The notes under the pieces: generated by a model
Database searches by the model: none
Seen by the model: only the letters and a program-made list of their open reading frames with translations
Told to the model about the DNA's origin: nothing
Program-made: the position numbers and the translations under genes
Assembly: GCA_049799955.1 (NCBI GenBank)
Contig: JBARIW010000075.1
Coordinates: 1-63,827, forward strand
Direction: 5' to 3'
Origin: Pyrinomonadaceae bacterium
Lineage (GTDB): Bacteria > Acidobacteriota > Blastocatellia > Pyrinomonadales > Pyrinomonadaceae
Length of the DNA: 63,827 bases
Shown here: in pieces, positions 10,073 through 18,652 of the stretch
Numbering within the stretch: position 1 is the stretch's first letter
Layout: each line of letters opens with the position of its first letter

Positions 10073-10459
10073 ATGAAAAATTTTATAAAAGGTCTGCTTA
10101 CCAATCGTTTCGGAATAGTTTTAGCCGCGCTGAATGTTTGTTATTTTCTTTCCGAAAATACCATCCGCCTTATTTTGCAGCATTCACACGGAGAAAATTG
10201 TCTGACTTCCAGCCGTCATATTTTGTTTTGGATGCAGGCAAGTTTCAGCAAACTGATTTTTGCAAATATAAACTCTCCGGCAATACTTCTTTCCGTCTTG
10301 CCCGGCAAGTTTATGCAGATGAATTTTCCCGATTTGTGCATTTTCACGCTGGCAAAGTTCCAGATTATTTTCTTTATCTTTTTCGTTACGCTTCAATGGC
10401 TTTTCATCGGCTGGCTGGCTAAAACTACTGCCGGGAAGCTCCAATCGATGAAAAGCTAA
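10073..10459 (+). CDS. hypothetical small membrane protein (doubtful)
   Basis: 128-aa ORF with a GAGGT SD-like sequence 8 nt upstream. It is the only plus-strand ORF between two minus-strand genes and overlaps the MATE gene end. Confidence 0.3.
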   Translation: MKNFIKGLLTNRFGIVLAALNVCYFLSENTIRLILQHSHGENCLTSSRHILFWMQASFSKLIFANINSPAILLSVLPGKFMQMNFPDLCIFTLAKFQIIFFIFFVTLQWLFIGWLAKTTAGKLQSMKS

Positions 10460-11880
10460 ATCTTTTTCGTCTTCCATTTCCCGCGCCGGAAAAGAAGCGT
10501 TGCGACGACTGCCAGAACGCAGAAGGCAACCAGAATCGCCCAGAAAATGCCGTGTTCTTTGAGTCCGAAATGATAAGCCAGAATGTATGCGAGCGGAATC
10601 TCTAACAGCCAGAAGATAAAAATATTCAGATAAGTCGGCGTAACGGTGTCGCCCGCGCCGTTGAACGACATCTGCATGACCATTCCGAAAGCGTAAAACG
10701 TAAAACCGAGCGCGACGATGCGCAGGCAGTCCGTTCCGATACTTAAAACAGCCGGTTCGGTCGTGAAAAATCCGATAATCGTGTGCGCGAAAACGGCGAG
10801 CAGGATGCCGATAGCGGTTAAAAAACAGGTGTTGTAAAACGCCGCTTTCCAGACCGCTTCTTCAGAGCGTTCGGGCTTGCCCGCGCCGAGATTTTGCCCG
10901 ACCAGAGTTGCCGCCGCGCTGCTCATTCCGACCGAAGGCAGAAGCGCGAAAACTATCACGCGGATTCCGATTTGATAACCCGCGATAGCGTCGGTTCCGA
11001 AGCCGGAAATGATTTTGACAAGAAACGTCCAGCTCGCCATTCCGATGACGGTTTGAAACGAAGCCGAAGCTGAAAGCTTGGTTAAATGCCAGATTAATTT
11101 CGGTTGAACGGCGAAATGCCGGCGCTCGATTTTTAAGCGTTCTTCGCGCCGGAGAAGATACTGCATCGCGAATAAAACGCCGCATCCGCGACCAATCGTT
11201 GTGCCGACTGCCGCGCCCGTTACGCCCAGTTCGGGAAAAATCCAGACGCCGAAGATAAACATCGGCGCGAGAATGATGTTGAGCGTATTCGACAAAATCA
11301 GAACGCGCATCGCTATCGCCGCATCGCCTGCGCCGCGAAAAATTCCGTTTATCAGAAACAGAAAAACGATAACGATATTTCCGCCGAGCATTATCCGCGC
11401 AAATGTCGTTCCCTGCGCTACGACGTTTGGTTCCGCGCCCATCAAGCCGAGAAGATTCGGCGCGAAAATCACGCCGAATATGCCGAGAATAACTGAAATA
11501 ATCATTCCCAGATAAAGAACCTGAATCGCCGTTTCCGAAGCCGCGTCGCGATTTTTTTCACCGATTCGACGCGCAACCGTCGCCGATGCGCCGATAGAAA
11601 CTCCAATCGCCAGCGCATAGATAATTACAATCATCGCTTCGGTCAAACCGACGACCGCGACCGCGTCAGCGCCGAGTTTTGAGACAAAGAAAATATCGCA
11701 GATAGCGAAAAGGCTTTCCATTCCCATCTCCATAATCATCGGAATGGCGAGAAGAAAAATCGCATACTTAATCGGCGTATTCGTTAAATCGCGTTTTGTT
11801 CCCGCAATGGCTTCGCGGATGATTGCCCAAAAAGAATTATTCTCCGTCTGAACGGAAATATTTTCAGAAGTGTTTAGCAT
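10456..11880 (-). CDS. MATE-family multidrug/sodium efflux transporter
   Basis: 474 aa, 12 TM-like segments, MATE-type sequence. Confidence 0.9.
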   Translation of the reverse strand: MLNTSENISVQTENNSFWAIIREAIAGTKRDLTNTPIKYAIFLLAIPMIMEMGMESLFAICDIFFVSKLGADAVAVVGLTEAMIVIIYALAIGVSIGASATVARRIGEKNRDAASETAIQVLYLGMIISVILGIFGVIFAPNLLGLMGAEPNVVAQGTTFARIMLGGNIVIVFLFLINGIFRGAGDAAIAMRVLILSNTLNIILAPMFIFGVWIFPELGVTGAAVGTTIGRGCGVLFAMQYLLRREERLKIERRHFAVQPKLIWHLTKLSASASFQTVIGMASWTFLVKIISGFGTDAIAGYQIGIRVIVFALLPSVGMSSAAATLVGQNLGAGKPERSEEAVWKAAFYNTCFLTAIGILLAVFAHTIIGFFTTEPAVLSIGTDCLRIVALGFTFYAFGMVMQMSFNGAGDTVTPTYLNIFIFWLLEIPLAYILAYHFGLKEHGIFWAILVAFCVLAVVATLLFRRGKWKTKKI

Positions 11881-12073
11881 AAAAATATTCGATTGTATTT
11901 AAGAAAAAGACCTAAAGCGAGATTTGTTCGTCTGAATTAACACAAACGAAACAAATCGAGAAATTTGCGCGGGCGGTTTTAGCTGACAAGTATTTTCATA
12001 GTGTCTGAAAATATATCACGGATGAAATATCATTTCAACGCCGAAAGTTATTTTTTAAATTCACATATTTTAG

Positions 12074-12673
12074 CTAGATAAAATTAATCATTTTGAGCAG
12101 AAAAATTCCGGCAGCTGCGCCGAGCAAAGCGCCGCTTACGACCTGCGCCGTTGTGTGTCGCTTGAGAATTACGCGCGAGAAACCGACCGTGATTGCGAGC
12201 AAAATAAATCCTACGCCAATCCAAAGACCGACAGCAATTAGCGAAACGGCGCAGTAAAAAGCGAAAATCAGATGAAGCGAAATCTTCGAGCGGCGATTGA
12301 TAATCATTGCCGTGACGAGCAGAAAAAGACTGATTATCATTCCAAGCAGGAGCGGTCGCGGAAAATTTAGAAACCAGAAAAGAACGGACGAAAGCGCGAC
12401 GATAATAATAACAATCGTATAAAAATTGCCGCGCTCCGAGCGTTCGGAAACGTCGTGGTCGCTCCATTTTCCGGCTTTTACCCGCCGGCGAATAATAAAA
12501 AGCAGCGGGAAAACGGTTGCCAGAACGGTTACGCCGCTGATTGTAAAAGCGCGCGCCGGCGAAGCGTTCTGAAGCGTGGCGATAACAGTCGTCAGCGGCA
12601 GCAAAACGAACGGATGACCGATAACCGAAACGATTTGCGCCGCTTTGAATAGATTTGTTTGTTCCGTTTTCAT
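12074..12673 (-). CDS. PAP2-like (acid phosphatase / lipid phosphatase superfamily) membrane protein
   Basis: 199 aa, multi-TM; C-terminal 'SRVILKRHTTAQVVSG' resembles PAP2 motif 3 (SRx5Hx3D, D replaced by Q). ATGA overlap with the upstream gene. Confidence 0.45.
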   Translation of the reverse strand: MKTEQTNLFKAAQIVSVIGHPFVLLPLTTVIATLQNASPARAFTISGVTVLATVFPLLFIIRRRVKAGKWSDHDVSERSERGNFYTIVIIIVALSSVLFWFLNFPRPLLLGMIISLFLLVTAMIINRRSKISLHLIFAFYCAVSLIAVGLWIGVGFILLAITVGFSRVILKRHTTAQVVSGALLGAAAGIFLLKMINFI

Positions 12674-13506
12674 CTATTTTCCGCAGCTTTCTCCGTTACG
12701 ACGATTTGTTTGCCGAGAAGCGGTTTTCCCTTGAGCGCCTGCACAAAAATCAATGTAAAAGACGCCATATAAACGAGCGCGAAAATGATTGTAAAAGCCG
12801 TCGGACGAAGCGGCGAAAAGCGTTTTTGCAGCCAAACGAGCATTAAAGAAAATATAGGAATCGTCTGAAACGCGTGCATTCCGACAAAATGCGCGGCGCG
12901 AAGGTCGCCGCCTTCCGTTGACCAGTTTACAACGGGAAGTCCCGCGCCGCCGTCCGCCACGCCGACCGCGTGTCCAACCTGCGCCGACATATATCCGCCT
13001 TCGACGCTCGCCAGCAGAAACAAAATCAAACCGAGACGCATTCCCCAGACAATCGCTTTCGGCAATTCCGGATTCGCGCGGAAATATATGTAAGTCAGGT
13101 AAACGATTAAAATTGTATTAATCGCAATGAGAAAGCCCATCGTGCTGAAAACCATCGCGTCAAACGGTTTGGCGACGTTAAAATGCGAAGTCGTCCCGCG
13201 AGCCGCCTGCATCACGACCAGAAATATCTCACCCGCAAACAGCGTCGAAATGCCCCAGCCGATAACGCGTTTCGATTTTTCGTAACCGTTTATAAAATTC
13301 AGGTAAACGGCGACTGTCCAGAGATAAACCCACGTCGAAAAGGTAAATTTCATCGGCTTTATCCAGCGATTGATGCCGAGAATCTGCTGCGAATCGAAAA
13401 GCGAAACGATTGCCAAAATCACAAACAATACCAGCATAAACAAGCCTGTCGCCATCAAAGCGCGATGCTTTTGCCATAAATCTTTCCAGAGTTCTTTGAT
13501 ATTCAT
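12670..13506 (-). CDS. hypothetical polytopic membrane protein
   Basis: 278 aa, about 8 hydrophobic segments; translationally coupled to its neighbours by 4-bp overlaps. Confidence 0.6.
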   Translation of the reverse strand: MNIKELWKDLWQKHRALMATGLFMLVLFVILAIVSLFDSQQILGINRWIKPMKFTFSTWVYLWTVAVYLNFINGYEKSKRVIGWGISTLFAGEIFLVVMQAARGTTSHFNVAKPFDAMVFSTMGFLIAINTILIVYLTYIYFRANPELPKAIVWGMRLGLILFLLASVEGGYMSAQVGHAVGVADGGAGLPVVNWSTEGGDLRAAHFVGMHAFQTIPIFSLMLVWLQKRFSPLRPTAFTIIFALVYMASFTLIFVQALKGKPLLGKQIVVTEKAAENR

Positions 13507-13940
13507 TCCGTTTCTCCTTTCGCGTTTTTGTTCACCGCGACGAGCCGCAAAATGTTATAAAGCAGAAATCCGATTGGACCGAGCAGAAATGTCAGAATCA
13601 GACACGGTATGACGAACCAGTGCGAAATTCCGCGAGATTGCGCGTCCTTTACTTCCCAGCTTCCGACGAACAAATCGAACGCGAGATAATGAATCCAGCC
13701 TGCCAGAAGCGCCCATTGATTCGAAAAAAGTTTCGACACGTCGGCGAGCGAGCCGAAACCGCCTTCCGATTTGCCAAAAAATAAAATAATCAAAATCAGA
13801 TAAGCGACCGACAAAAGCAGCGGAAGCGCGCCCGAAAGGACGATTTTCCGCGTCCAGGTCCAGCGCGGCGCAAAGACGAGCAAAATCCAGCCCGCCATAG
13901 CCGTAAAATTCGCGATTGAAAAAATTGTTTCTGCGTTCAT
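13503..13940 (-). CDS. DUF4281 (ABA4-like) membrane protein
   Basis: 145 aa, 4 TM; 'WIHYLAFDLFVGSWEVKD' is characteristic of the DUF4281/ABA4-like family. Confidence 0.6.
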   Translation of the reverse strand: MNAETIFSIANFTAMAGWILLVFAPRWTWTRKIVLSGALPLLLSVAYLILIILFFGKSEGGFGSLADVSKLFSNQWALLAGWIHYLAFDLFVGSWEVKDAQSRGISHWFVIPCLILTFLLGPIGFLLYNILRLVAVNKNAKGETE

Positions 13941-13959
13941 AATTTCTCCTTAAAAAATC

Positions 13960-13977
13960 AATTAACACTGTTAAGTT
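13960..13977. promoter_or_regulatory. TetR operator candidate, palindrome TTAACACTGTTAA, copy 1 (upstream of the DUF4281 operon)
   Basis: The 18-mer aattaacactgttaagtt recurs at 14618..14635. It has a perfect 6-1-6 inverted repeat and lies between the TetR stop and the start of 13503..13940. Confidence 0.6.
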
Positions 13978-13992
13978 GAAAGTCAAAATTTT

Positions 13993-14613
13993 TTATTCTT
14001 TCCTGTCTCCCGTAGTTAAGCCTTTCAGCATCGTATCAATTACCGAATCAATCAAAACTTTTTTATCGACAAACGGAAAACCTTCGTGCCCGATAAGCAG
14101 CGACGTTATGCCGTGAATTCCTGCCCAGAGCGTCTGGCTGATAAGGTCAACGTCGCCTTCCGCAATCTCGCCGCTCGCCATACATTCCGCCACGCCGTTT
14201 CGCAAAAAATCGAACGCCTTTTTTCCCGACGTATCATCGAATCCGGTTTCGCTCAATTTTCCGGTCAAAGGCAGCATAAAAGTTACCTCGTAATGTTTCG
14301 GATGCTCCAAGCCGAACTCGACATAAGCCAATAAACCGGCGCGAAAACCTTCGAGCGTCTTGCCGTGTATTTTGCCGATTGAGTAAATTTTTTGTCCGAG
14401 CCGGGCAAACGTTTCATCGCAAATCTGCCGGAGCAAATCGTTTTTGTCCTTAAAATAAAGATAAATCGTCGTCGGGCTATATTCGATTTTATCGGCGATT
14501 TTCCGCATCGAAACCTGTCCGTAGCCTTCGTCGGCAAACATCTCGCGCGCGGTATCGAGAATCGTCTGCCGCAAGTTTTCCTTTTCTCTCAGTTTTCTTT
14601 GCTTAACGCTCAT
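13993..14613 (-). CDS. TetR/AcrR-family transcriptional repressor
   Basis: N-terminal HTH 'LDTAREMFADEGYGQVSMRKIADKIEYSPTTIYLYFKDKNDLL'. Confidence 0.85.
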   Translation of the reverse strand: MSVKQRKLREKENLRQTILDTAREMFADEGYGQVSMRKIADKIEYSPTTIYLYFKDKNDLLRQICDETFARLGQKIYSIGKIHGKTLEGFRAGLLAYVEFGLEHPKHYEVTFMLPLTGKLSETGFDDTSGKKAFDFLRNGVAECMASGEIAEGDVDLISQTLWAGIHGITSLLIGHEGFPFVDKKVLIDSVIDTMLKGLTTGDRKE

Positions 14614-14617
14614 AAAT

Positions 14618-14635
14618 TAATTAACACTGTTAAGT
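14618..14635. promoter_or_regulatory. TetR operator candidate, copy 2 (8 bp upstream of the TetR start codon)
   Basis: The same 18-mer as at 13960, containing palindrome TTAACACTGTTAA. Confidence 0.6.
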
Positions 14636-14686
14636 TAAATTATAAACAAAACGTTGTCAAGAAGATTTTGAGAAAATCGCATTTGT

Positions 14687-16228
14687 TTAGAAAGTCCGGG
14701 CTAAATAATTTTCGACGACATTCGTTGAAATATCCGAAGAAATCGTTCCGATATAATTGTCCGGTCTGAGCAAAACGCTGAAGCTTTTCTCCGCGCCGAA
14801 GATTTCCGAAACGTGCGGATATAAAGGCAGCTCGTGAAAATCGACCAAATCGGCGTATTTGCTTTGTCCTTCAGCGGTTAATTCCGGCGCTGCGTTTTTC
14901 CCGTCGAGAAATGTCAGAAGATGAAATTTCGGCTCGCGCAGGCGTTCGTAAATGCTCGCGCCTTCGACTTCGAAGTACGGCATTCTGTCGCCTTCGTTCA
15001 CGTCGAAGCTTTCGCTGTTTATGCTCAGAGAGCTGCTCCGGTAATTGATTCCGATTTGCGAAATACGCGGGAAAACGAATTTTTTAACCGCGTCGATACT
15101 AAAGGCGGCACCCGCGATATACGGGAAAACGTGCGTCCGCAGATAGCTCAGAACCGGTTCGGGACTGGCGACGAGATTGAAGAAACGGTCGGTCGTTTTC
15201 AGCAGATTTTCGGCGTTTTCGAGTCGTTCCTGATTATAAGTTTCTAAAATTTTAGCGTCCGCCGCGCCGCGCAAAACCATTGCAGTCTTCCACGCGAGAT
15301 TGTAGCCGTCCTGAATTCCCGTGTTCATTCCCTGCGCTCCGGCGGGCGTGTGAATGTGCGCCGCGTCGCCCGCGAGAAAGCATCTGCCCGAAGAAAATTT
15401 TTCGACGTGGCGCGTGTGAACTTTGTAGGTCGAAAACCAGTTGACGTTTGTTATGTCGAGCTCGGTTTCCGAGTCTTTTTTGATTTGCGCTTCGATTTCT
15501 TCGTACAAAACGTCGCCTTCGTCCCTGGCGAATTCTTCGGGAAAAGTGCCGACGATGCGAAAATGCCTGTCGCTTCCGACCATCGGAAAAAACGCGAGCA
15601 GGTTGTTTTTCATCAAAAAAACCATCAGCGCGTCGTGCGGAAATTTCCAGTCAATCTGCACGTCGGCGACATAAAACATCCGCTCGAACGTGCTTCCTTC
15701 AAACTTGAGTCCGAGCGTGTGTCGAACCGGGCTTTTCGCGCCGTCGCAGCCGACGAGAAATTTGGCTTCGATTGTTTCGGTTTCGCCATTCGAATTTTTA
15801 ATATTCGCGCTGACGCCCGATTCGTTTTGCGTGAAGCTTTCAAGCTCCGTATTCCACAAAACATCTTTGCCGCCGGATTTAATAAAATCGTACAAAAGCT
15901 TTTCGTGCTTGCCCTGTTCGACGAGAAGCACATACGGATAGGCGCTCATTCCTTTGCCGATTTCGCTGAATTCGACTTCGCCGCGCACCTCGCCGCCGAC
16001 AATCATTCGCGCTTTTACGGCAATCGCGCCCTGCTCAATCAATCTGTCAGCCAAATCGATTTGCTCGTAAATTTCGAGCGTTCGCGCCTGAACGCCGATT
16101 GCCTTCGAATGCGGCGTAGTTGTTTCCTTTTTATCGAAAATCACAAAATCGACGCCGTACCTGATAAATTGTCCTGCCAGCGCAAGCCCGGTCGGTCCCG
16201 CGCCGACGATAATCACATCGGTTTTCAT
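14687..16228 (-). CDS. FAD-dependent monooxygenase (PHBH-like aromatic-ring hydroxylase family)
   Basis: N-terminal 'DVIIVGAGPTGLALAGQF' dinucleotide-binding motif, 513 aa. Confidence 0.85.
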   Translation of the reverse strand: MKTDVIIVGAGPTGLALAGQFIRYGVDFVIFDKKETTTPHSKAIGVQARTLEIYEQIDLADRLIEQGAIAVKARMIVGGEVRGEVEFSEIGKGMSAYPYVLLVEQGKHEKLLYDFIKSGGKDVLWNTELESFTQNESGVSANIKNSNGETETIEAKFLVGCDGAKSPVRHTLGLKFEGSTFERMFYVADVQIDWKFPHDALMVFLMKNNLLAFFPMVGSDRHFRIVGTFPEEFARDEGDVLYEEIEAQIKKDSETELDITNVNWFSTYKVHTRHVEKFSSGRCFLAGDAAHIHTPAGAQGMNTGIQDGYNLAWKTAMVLRGAADAKILETYNQERLENAENLLKTTDRFFNLVASPEPVLSYLRTHVFPYIAGAAFSIDAVKKFVFPRISQIGINYRSSSLSINSESFDVNEGDRMPYFEVEGASIYERLREPKFHLLTFLDGKNAAPELTAEGQSKYADLVDFHELPLYPHVSEIFGAEKSFSVLLRPDNYIGTISSDISTNVVENYLARTF

Positions 16229-16352
16229 ATTGGTTTCCTTAAGCTAGAAGTATAACCCGAAATTAAAAATTTGTACCTTTTTTCGCGTTTTTTGTGGTAA
16301 TCTACTGCTGAACTTAGATTTAACTAATACAAACAAGGGGATGGTAAACATA

Positions 16353-16862
16353 ATGGCAGCAAAAAAAGACAGTAAGGCATCGACAACCAAAAAATCGACT
16401 TCGACGAAATCGAAAACAACAAAAAAGAGTTCATCGGGCATCATGGATAAAGTTAAGGATGCGGCGGGTGAAATTCTGACGAATGCGGCGCAGGTTGCGG
16501 CAGCCGGAGCGTTGAATATCGCGGCTGAAGCCGTCAGCGATATGCTGAGCGGCAAAAAGAGCGGCGGAAAAAGCTCTTCGACAAAAGCCAAAACCGGCGG
16601 CGACGCGGGCACGAAGGGAACCGGAAGCGCGGGCAAATCAACAAAAAGCAGCGCAAAGAAACCCGGCGGTGATGCAGGCACAAAAGGTACGGGAAGTGCC
16701 GGAAAATCGACCAAAGCCAAAACCGGCGGAGATGCGGGAACCAAAGGAACGGGCAGCGCAGGCAAATTGACCAAAAGCGACGCAGGTAAAACGGGCGGCG
16801 ACGCCGGAACTAAAGGAACCGGAAGCGCCGGAAAAACATCGAAAAGCGGCAAAGGCAAATAA
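16353..16862 (+). CDS. Lys/Gly/Thr-rich repetitive basic protein (4 x ~19-aa 'KTGGDAGTKGTGSAGKSTK' repeats)
   Basis: SD-like caagggga upstream of ATG at 16353, with an intrinsic terminator directly after. The antisense ORF 16244..16858 is a Pro/Leu shadow of the repeats. Confidence 0.6.
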   Translation: MAAKKDSKASTTKKSTSTKSKTTKKSSSGIMDKVKDAAGEILTNAAQVAAAGALNIAAEAVSDMLSGKKSGGKSSSTKAKTGGDAGTKGTGSAGKSTKSSAKKPGGDAGTKGTGSAGKSTKAKTGGDAGTKGTGSAGKLTKSDAGKTGGDAGTKGTGSAGKTSKSGKGK

Positions 16863-16884
16863 ACCTTCGCCGCAAAAAATAAAA

Positions 16885-16924
16885 ATCCTTAATTCGACAC
16901 AGGTGCGAATTAAGGATTTTTTTA
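16885..16924 (+). terminator. rho-independent terminator (atccttaattcg-loop-cgaattaaggat + T7)
   Basis: Perfect 12-bp stem followed by a T-run. Confidence 0.8.
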
Positions 16925-16944
16925 CTTTCTTCATTTAAAAATTA

Positions 16945-17619
16945 TTACAATTTTAAACCGAGTCTCTCGTCTTTTTCTTTATCGGAAGAAATCCTTAAAG
17001 TGAATTTCATCAGGTTGTTTTTGTGAAATTCGTACCGCGCGAAATAGCTGAAACGATTCGTTTTCGTCGCGTCGGTTTCGTCGGGCAGCTCGACGTTTGC
17101 GAGATTATAGCTCACCGTCTCGTCGTCGCCCGTTTTAACGCGTTCGGTCGGTTCGCCTTTTTTCTTAATCACGTCTTTCGGTCCGATTATGTCGTTGCGC
17201 GTTACGCCCGGCAAGCCGATTAGCATCGACGCAGCCGATTGCTGGTAGCCGATAAAAATCTTCTTTTCGGTCTGGAAAAAACCTATTTTTTCGGCGACAT
17301 AATGCTGCGTTTGATAGCTTTTGTCCACCGCAAAAACCTCGATTTCCATAATAAAAAACGGGTCTTCCGTTGAAGCGCCGGTCAGTTTCATCACCTGCGT
17401 TCCGAATTTGTTGTAAAAGAAAAAGGCGGGTCGCCCGTCGTCCTGTTTGCGCGCCGAATATCCTTCGAGAAAAACCTTCGCCGAAGCGCGGTCGCCGAGC
17501 TTAATTTTCGAAACGCTCAATTCCGGCAGGACATTTTTTTCCTGCGCCGATACGCTAAAACCGAGAACCGCAATCATCGCCGCGCACAGCACGAGGCGAA
17601 AATATCTTTGTTTTGTCAT
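16945..17619 (-). CDS. secreted hypothetical protein
   Basis: 224 aa with signal peptide (MTKQRYFRLVLCAAMIAVLGFSVSAQE). Confidence 0.6.
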   Translation of the reverse strand: MTKQRYFRLVLCAAMIAVLGFSVSAQEKNVLPELSVSKIKLGDRASAKVFLEGYSARKQDDGRPAFFFYNKFGTQVMKLTGASTEDPFFIMEIEVFAVDKSYQTQHYVAEKIGFFQTEKKIFIGYQQSAASMLIGLPGVTRNDIIGPKDVIKKKGEPTERVKTGDDETVSYNLANVELPDETDATKTNRFSYFARYEFHKNNLMKFTLRISSDKEKDERLGLKL

Positions 17620-18110
17620 AAATCAAATACCTTTTGTTGTAAATTTAGGATGCTCTGTGGAAAGAATAAGAGGCTTAAAAAAGGAAAGCTTGTCTTATTG
17701 AAAGAGTCGAAGCAAATGCGTCGGACTAACTATATTTTACCAGATTGAGCGTGCGGCGTTCAATATAAAAAATTCCCCGGATTTACTACTCTTTGACGAG
17801 ATTTCCCGCATTAAATCGCTGGTCTATTTTCGATTTTGTCGAAGCGTCAAGCCTTTTCGCCCGTAAAATGCGCGTCGGAAATGCCCGTTTCGCTTAATAA
17901 AGGCTCTGTGTCTTCAACGTCAATCTCGCCGCTTAAAACCCGCTCCGCCCGCTGCGCGTGCATTTCTGTTTTAGTCGGGATAGAACCGAATTTTAGCAGT
18001 AAAAACGTTAATCGGGAAATTTATTCGGAAAATTAACAGACCGGCAAAATAAAAAAGGCGGAAGTTAATCTGCCTTTTCTTTGTAGAGATTTTTAACAAA
18101 CTATCTGCTA

Positions 18111-18182
18111 AAAATTCAAAACCAGCTCGTTGCTATTCTAATCGACCGAGACGCTTCCGCCATCAGTAGTTTTCAAAGAGAA
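18111..18182. repeat. decayed duplicate (about 80% identity) of the last ~70 bp of clpA, direct repeat of 18649..18725
   Basis: aaaaattcaaaac…tcgaccgaNacgcttccgccatc…agttt is shared. Copy A would encode …TDGGSVSVD* against clpA …TDGGSVSVEEKDGELVLNF*. Confidence 0.7.
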
Positions 18183-18413
18183 TCAAGCCGCAATTCTAAA
18201 ACTTTCCTGAACCGCCTGCGGCAATTCGACCGGATAAAAATAGATTGCGGGATAAAGATAATCTTCGCCCGATTCGTCAATCACGCGGATATAATCGTCT
18301 TCGGCGGCTTTTTCGTCGGGCAGGACTTCGTAGATTTTACGAAGCTGCAAATCTTCGCAGTCATCATTTTTAATACAAACTACAAAGTAAATTTTCGAAT
18401 CTTCGTTTTTCAT
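18183..18413 (-). CDS. small acidic hypothetical protein (antitoxin-like)
   Basis: 76 aa, pI clearly acidic; lies inside the short insertion between the duplicated clpA ends. Confidence 0.4.
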   Translation of the reverse strand: MKNEDSKIYFVVCIKNDDCEDLQLRKIYEVLPDEKAAEDDYIRVIDESGEDYLYPAIYFYPVELPQAVQESFRIAA

Positions 18414-18419
18414 AGTTTT

Positions 18420-18608
18420 AATCCAGATAACTCTTGATTTTCATTTTTCTTTTGCCGATGCCGTGCGCTTCATACCAATGAACTTCGACGCGACGAATTC
18501 TGCCATTTATGAGACGAACGCTTGTTTCGCCTTTCAATTTCCGCCAACGTCCTTGTCCAAACTCCCCGCGCAAACGAGCGATTTCCCTGATTTTATTCCA
18601 ATGGCAAT
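18420..18608 (-). pseudogene. basic toxin-like ORF fragment without ATG start (…RRVEVHWYEAHGIGKRKMKIKSYLD*)
   Basis: 63-codon open frame directly upstream of 18183..18413 on the same strand, with no in-frame ATG/GTG/TTG start; looks like the remnant of a toxin-antitoxin pair. Confidence 0.3.
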
Positions 18609-18652
18609 AACTTTGACATTAATAATTTCGCTGATAATTTCAAAAATCATCT

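Noticed and set aside
15350-16255. 301-aa plus-strand ORF
   Set aside because: It is entirely antisense to the well-supported FAD-monooxygenase gene, with low-complexity Arg/Phe-rich translation, so I treat it as a shadow ORF. The same applies to 27503..28279 (antisense to GH63-like), 6450..7091 (antisense to phoX), 50633..51163 (antisense to alaS), 44292..44897 and 44898..45308 (antisense to the flotillin-like gene), 62145..62699 (antisense to the M14 gene) and 16244..16858 (antisense to the Lys/Gly-repeat gene).
17836-18036. 66-aa plus-strand ORF and a 38-aa acidic minus-strand ORF (about 17845-17960) in the 560-bp gene-free stretch
   Set aside because: No SD, no recognisable domain and Ser/Ala-rich low-complexity translation. 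The region may hold a promoter or sRNA instead, but nothing specific was identifiable by eye.
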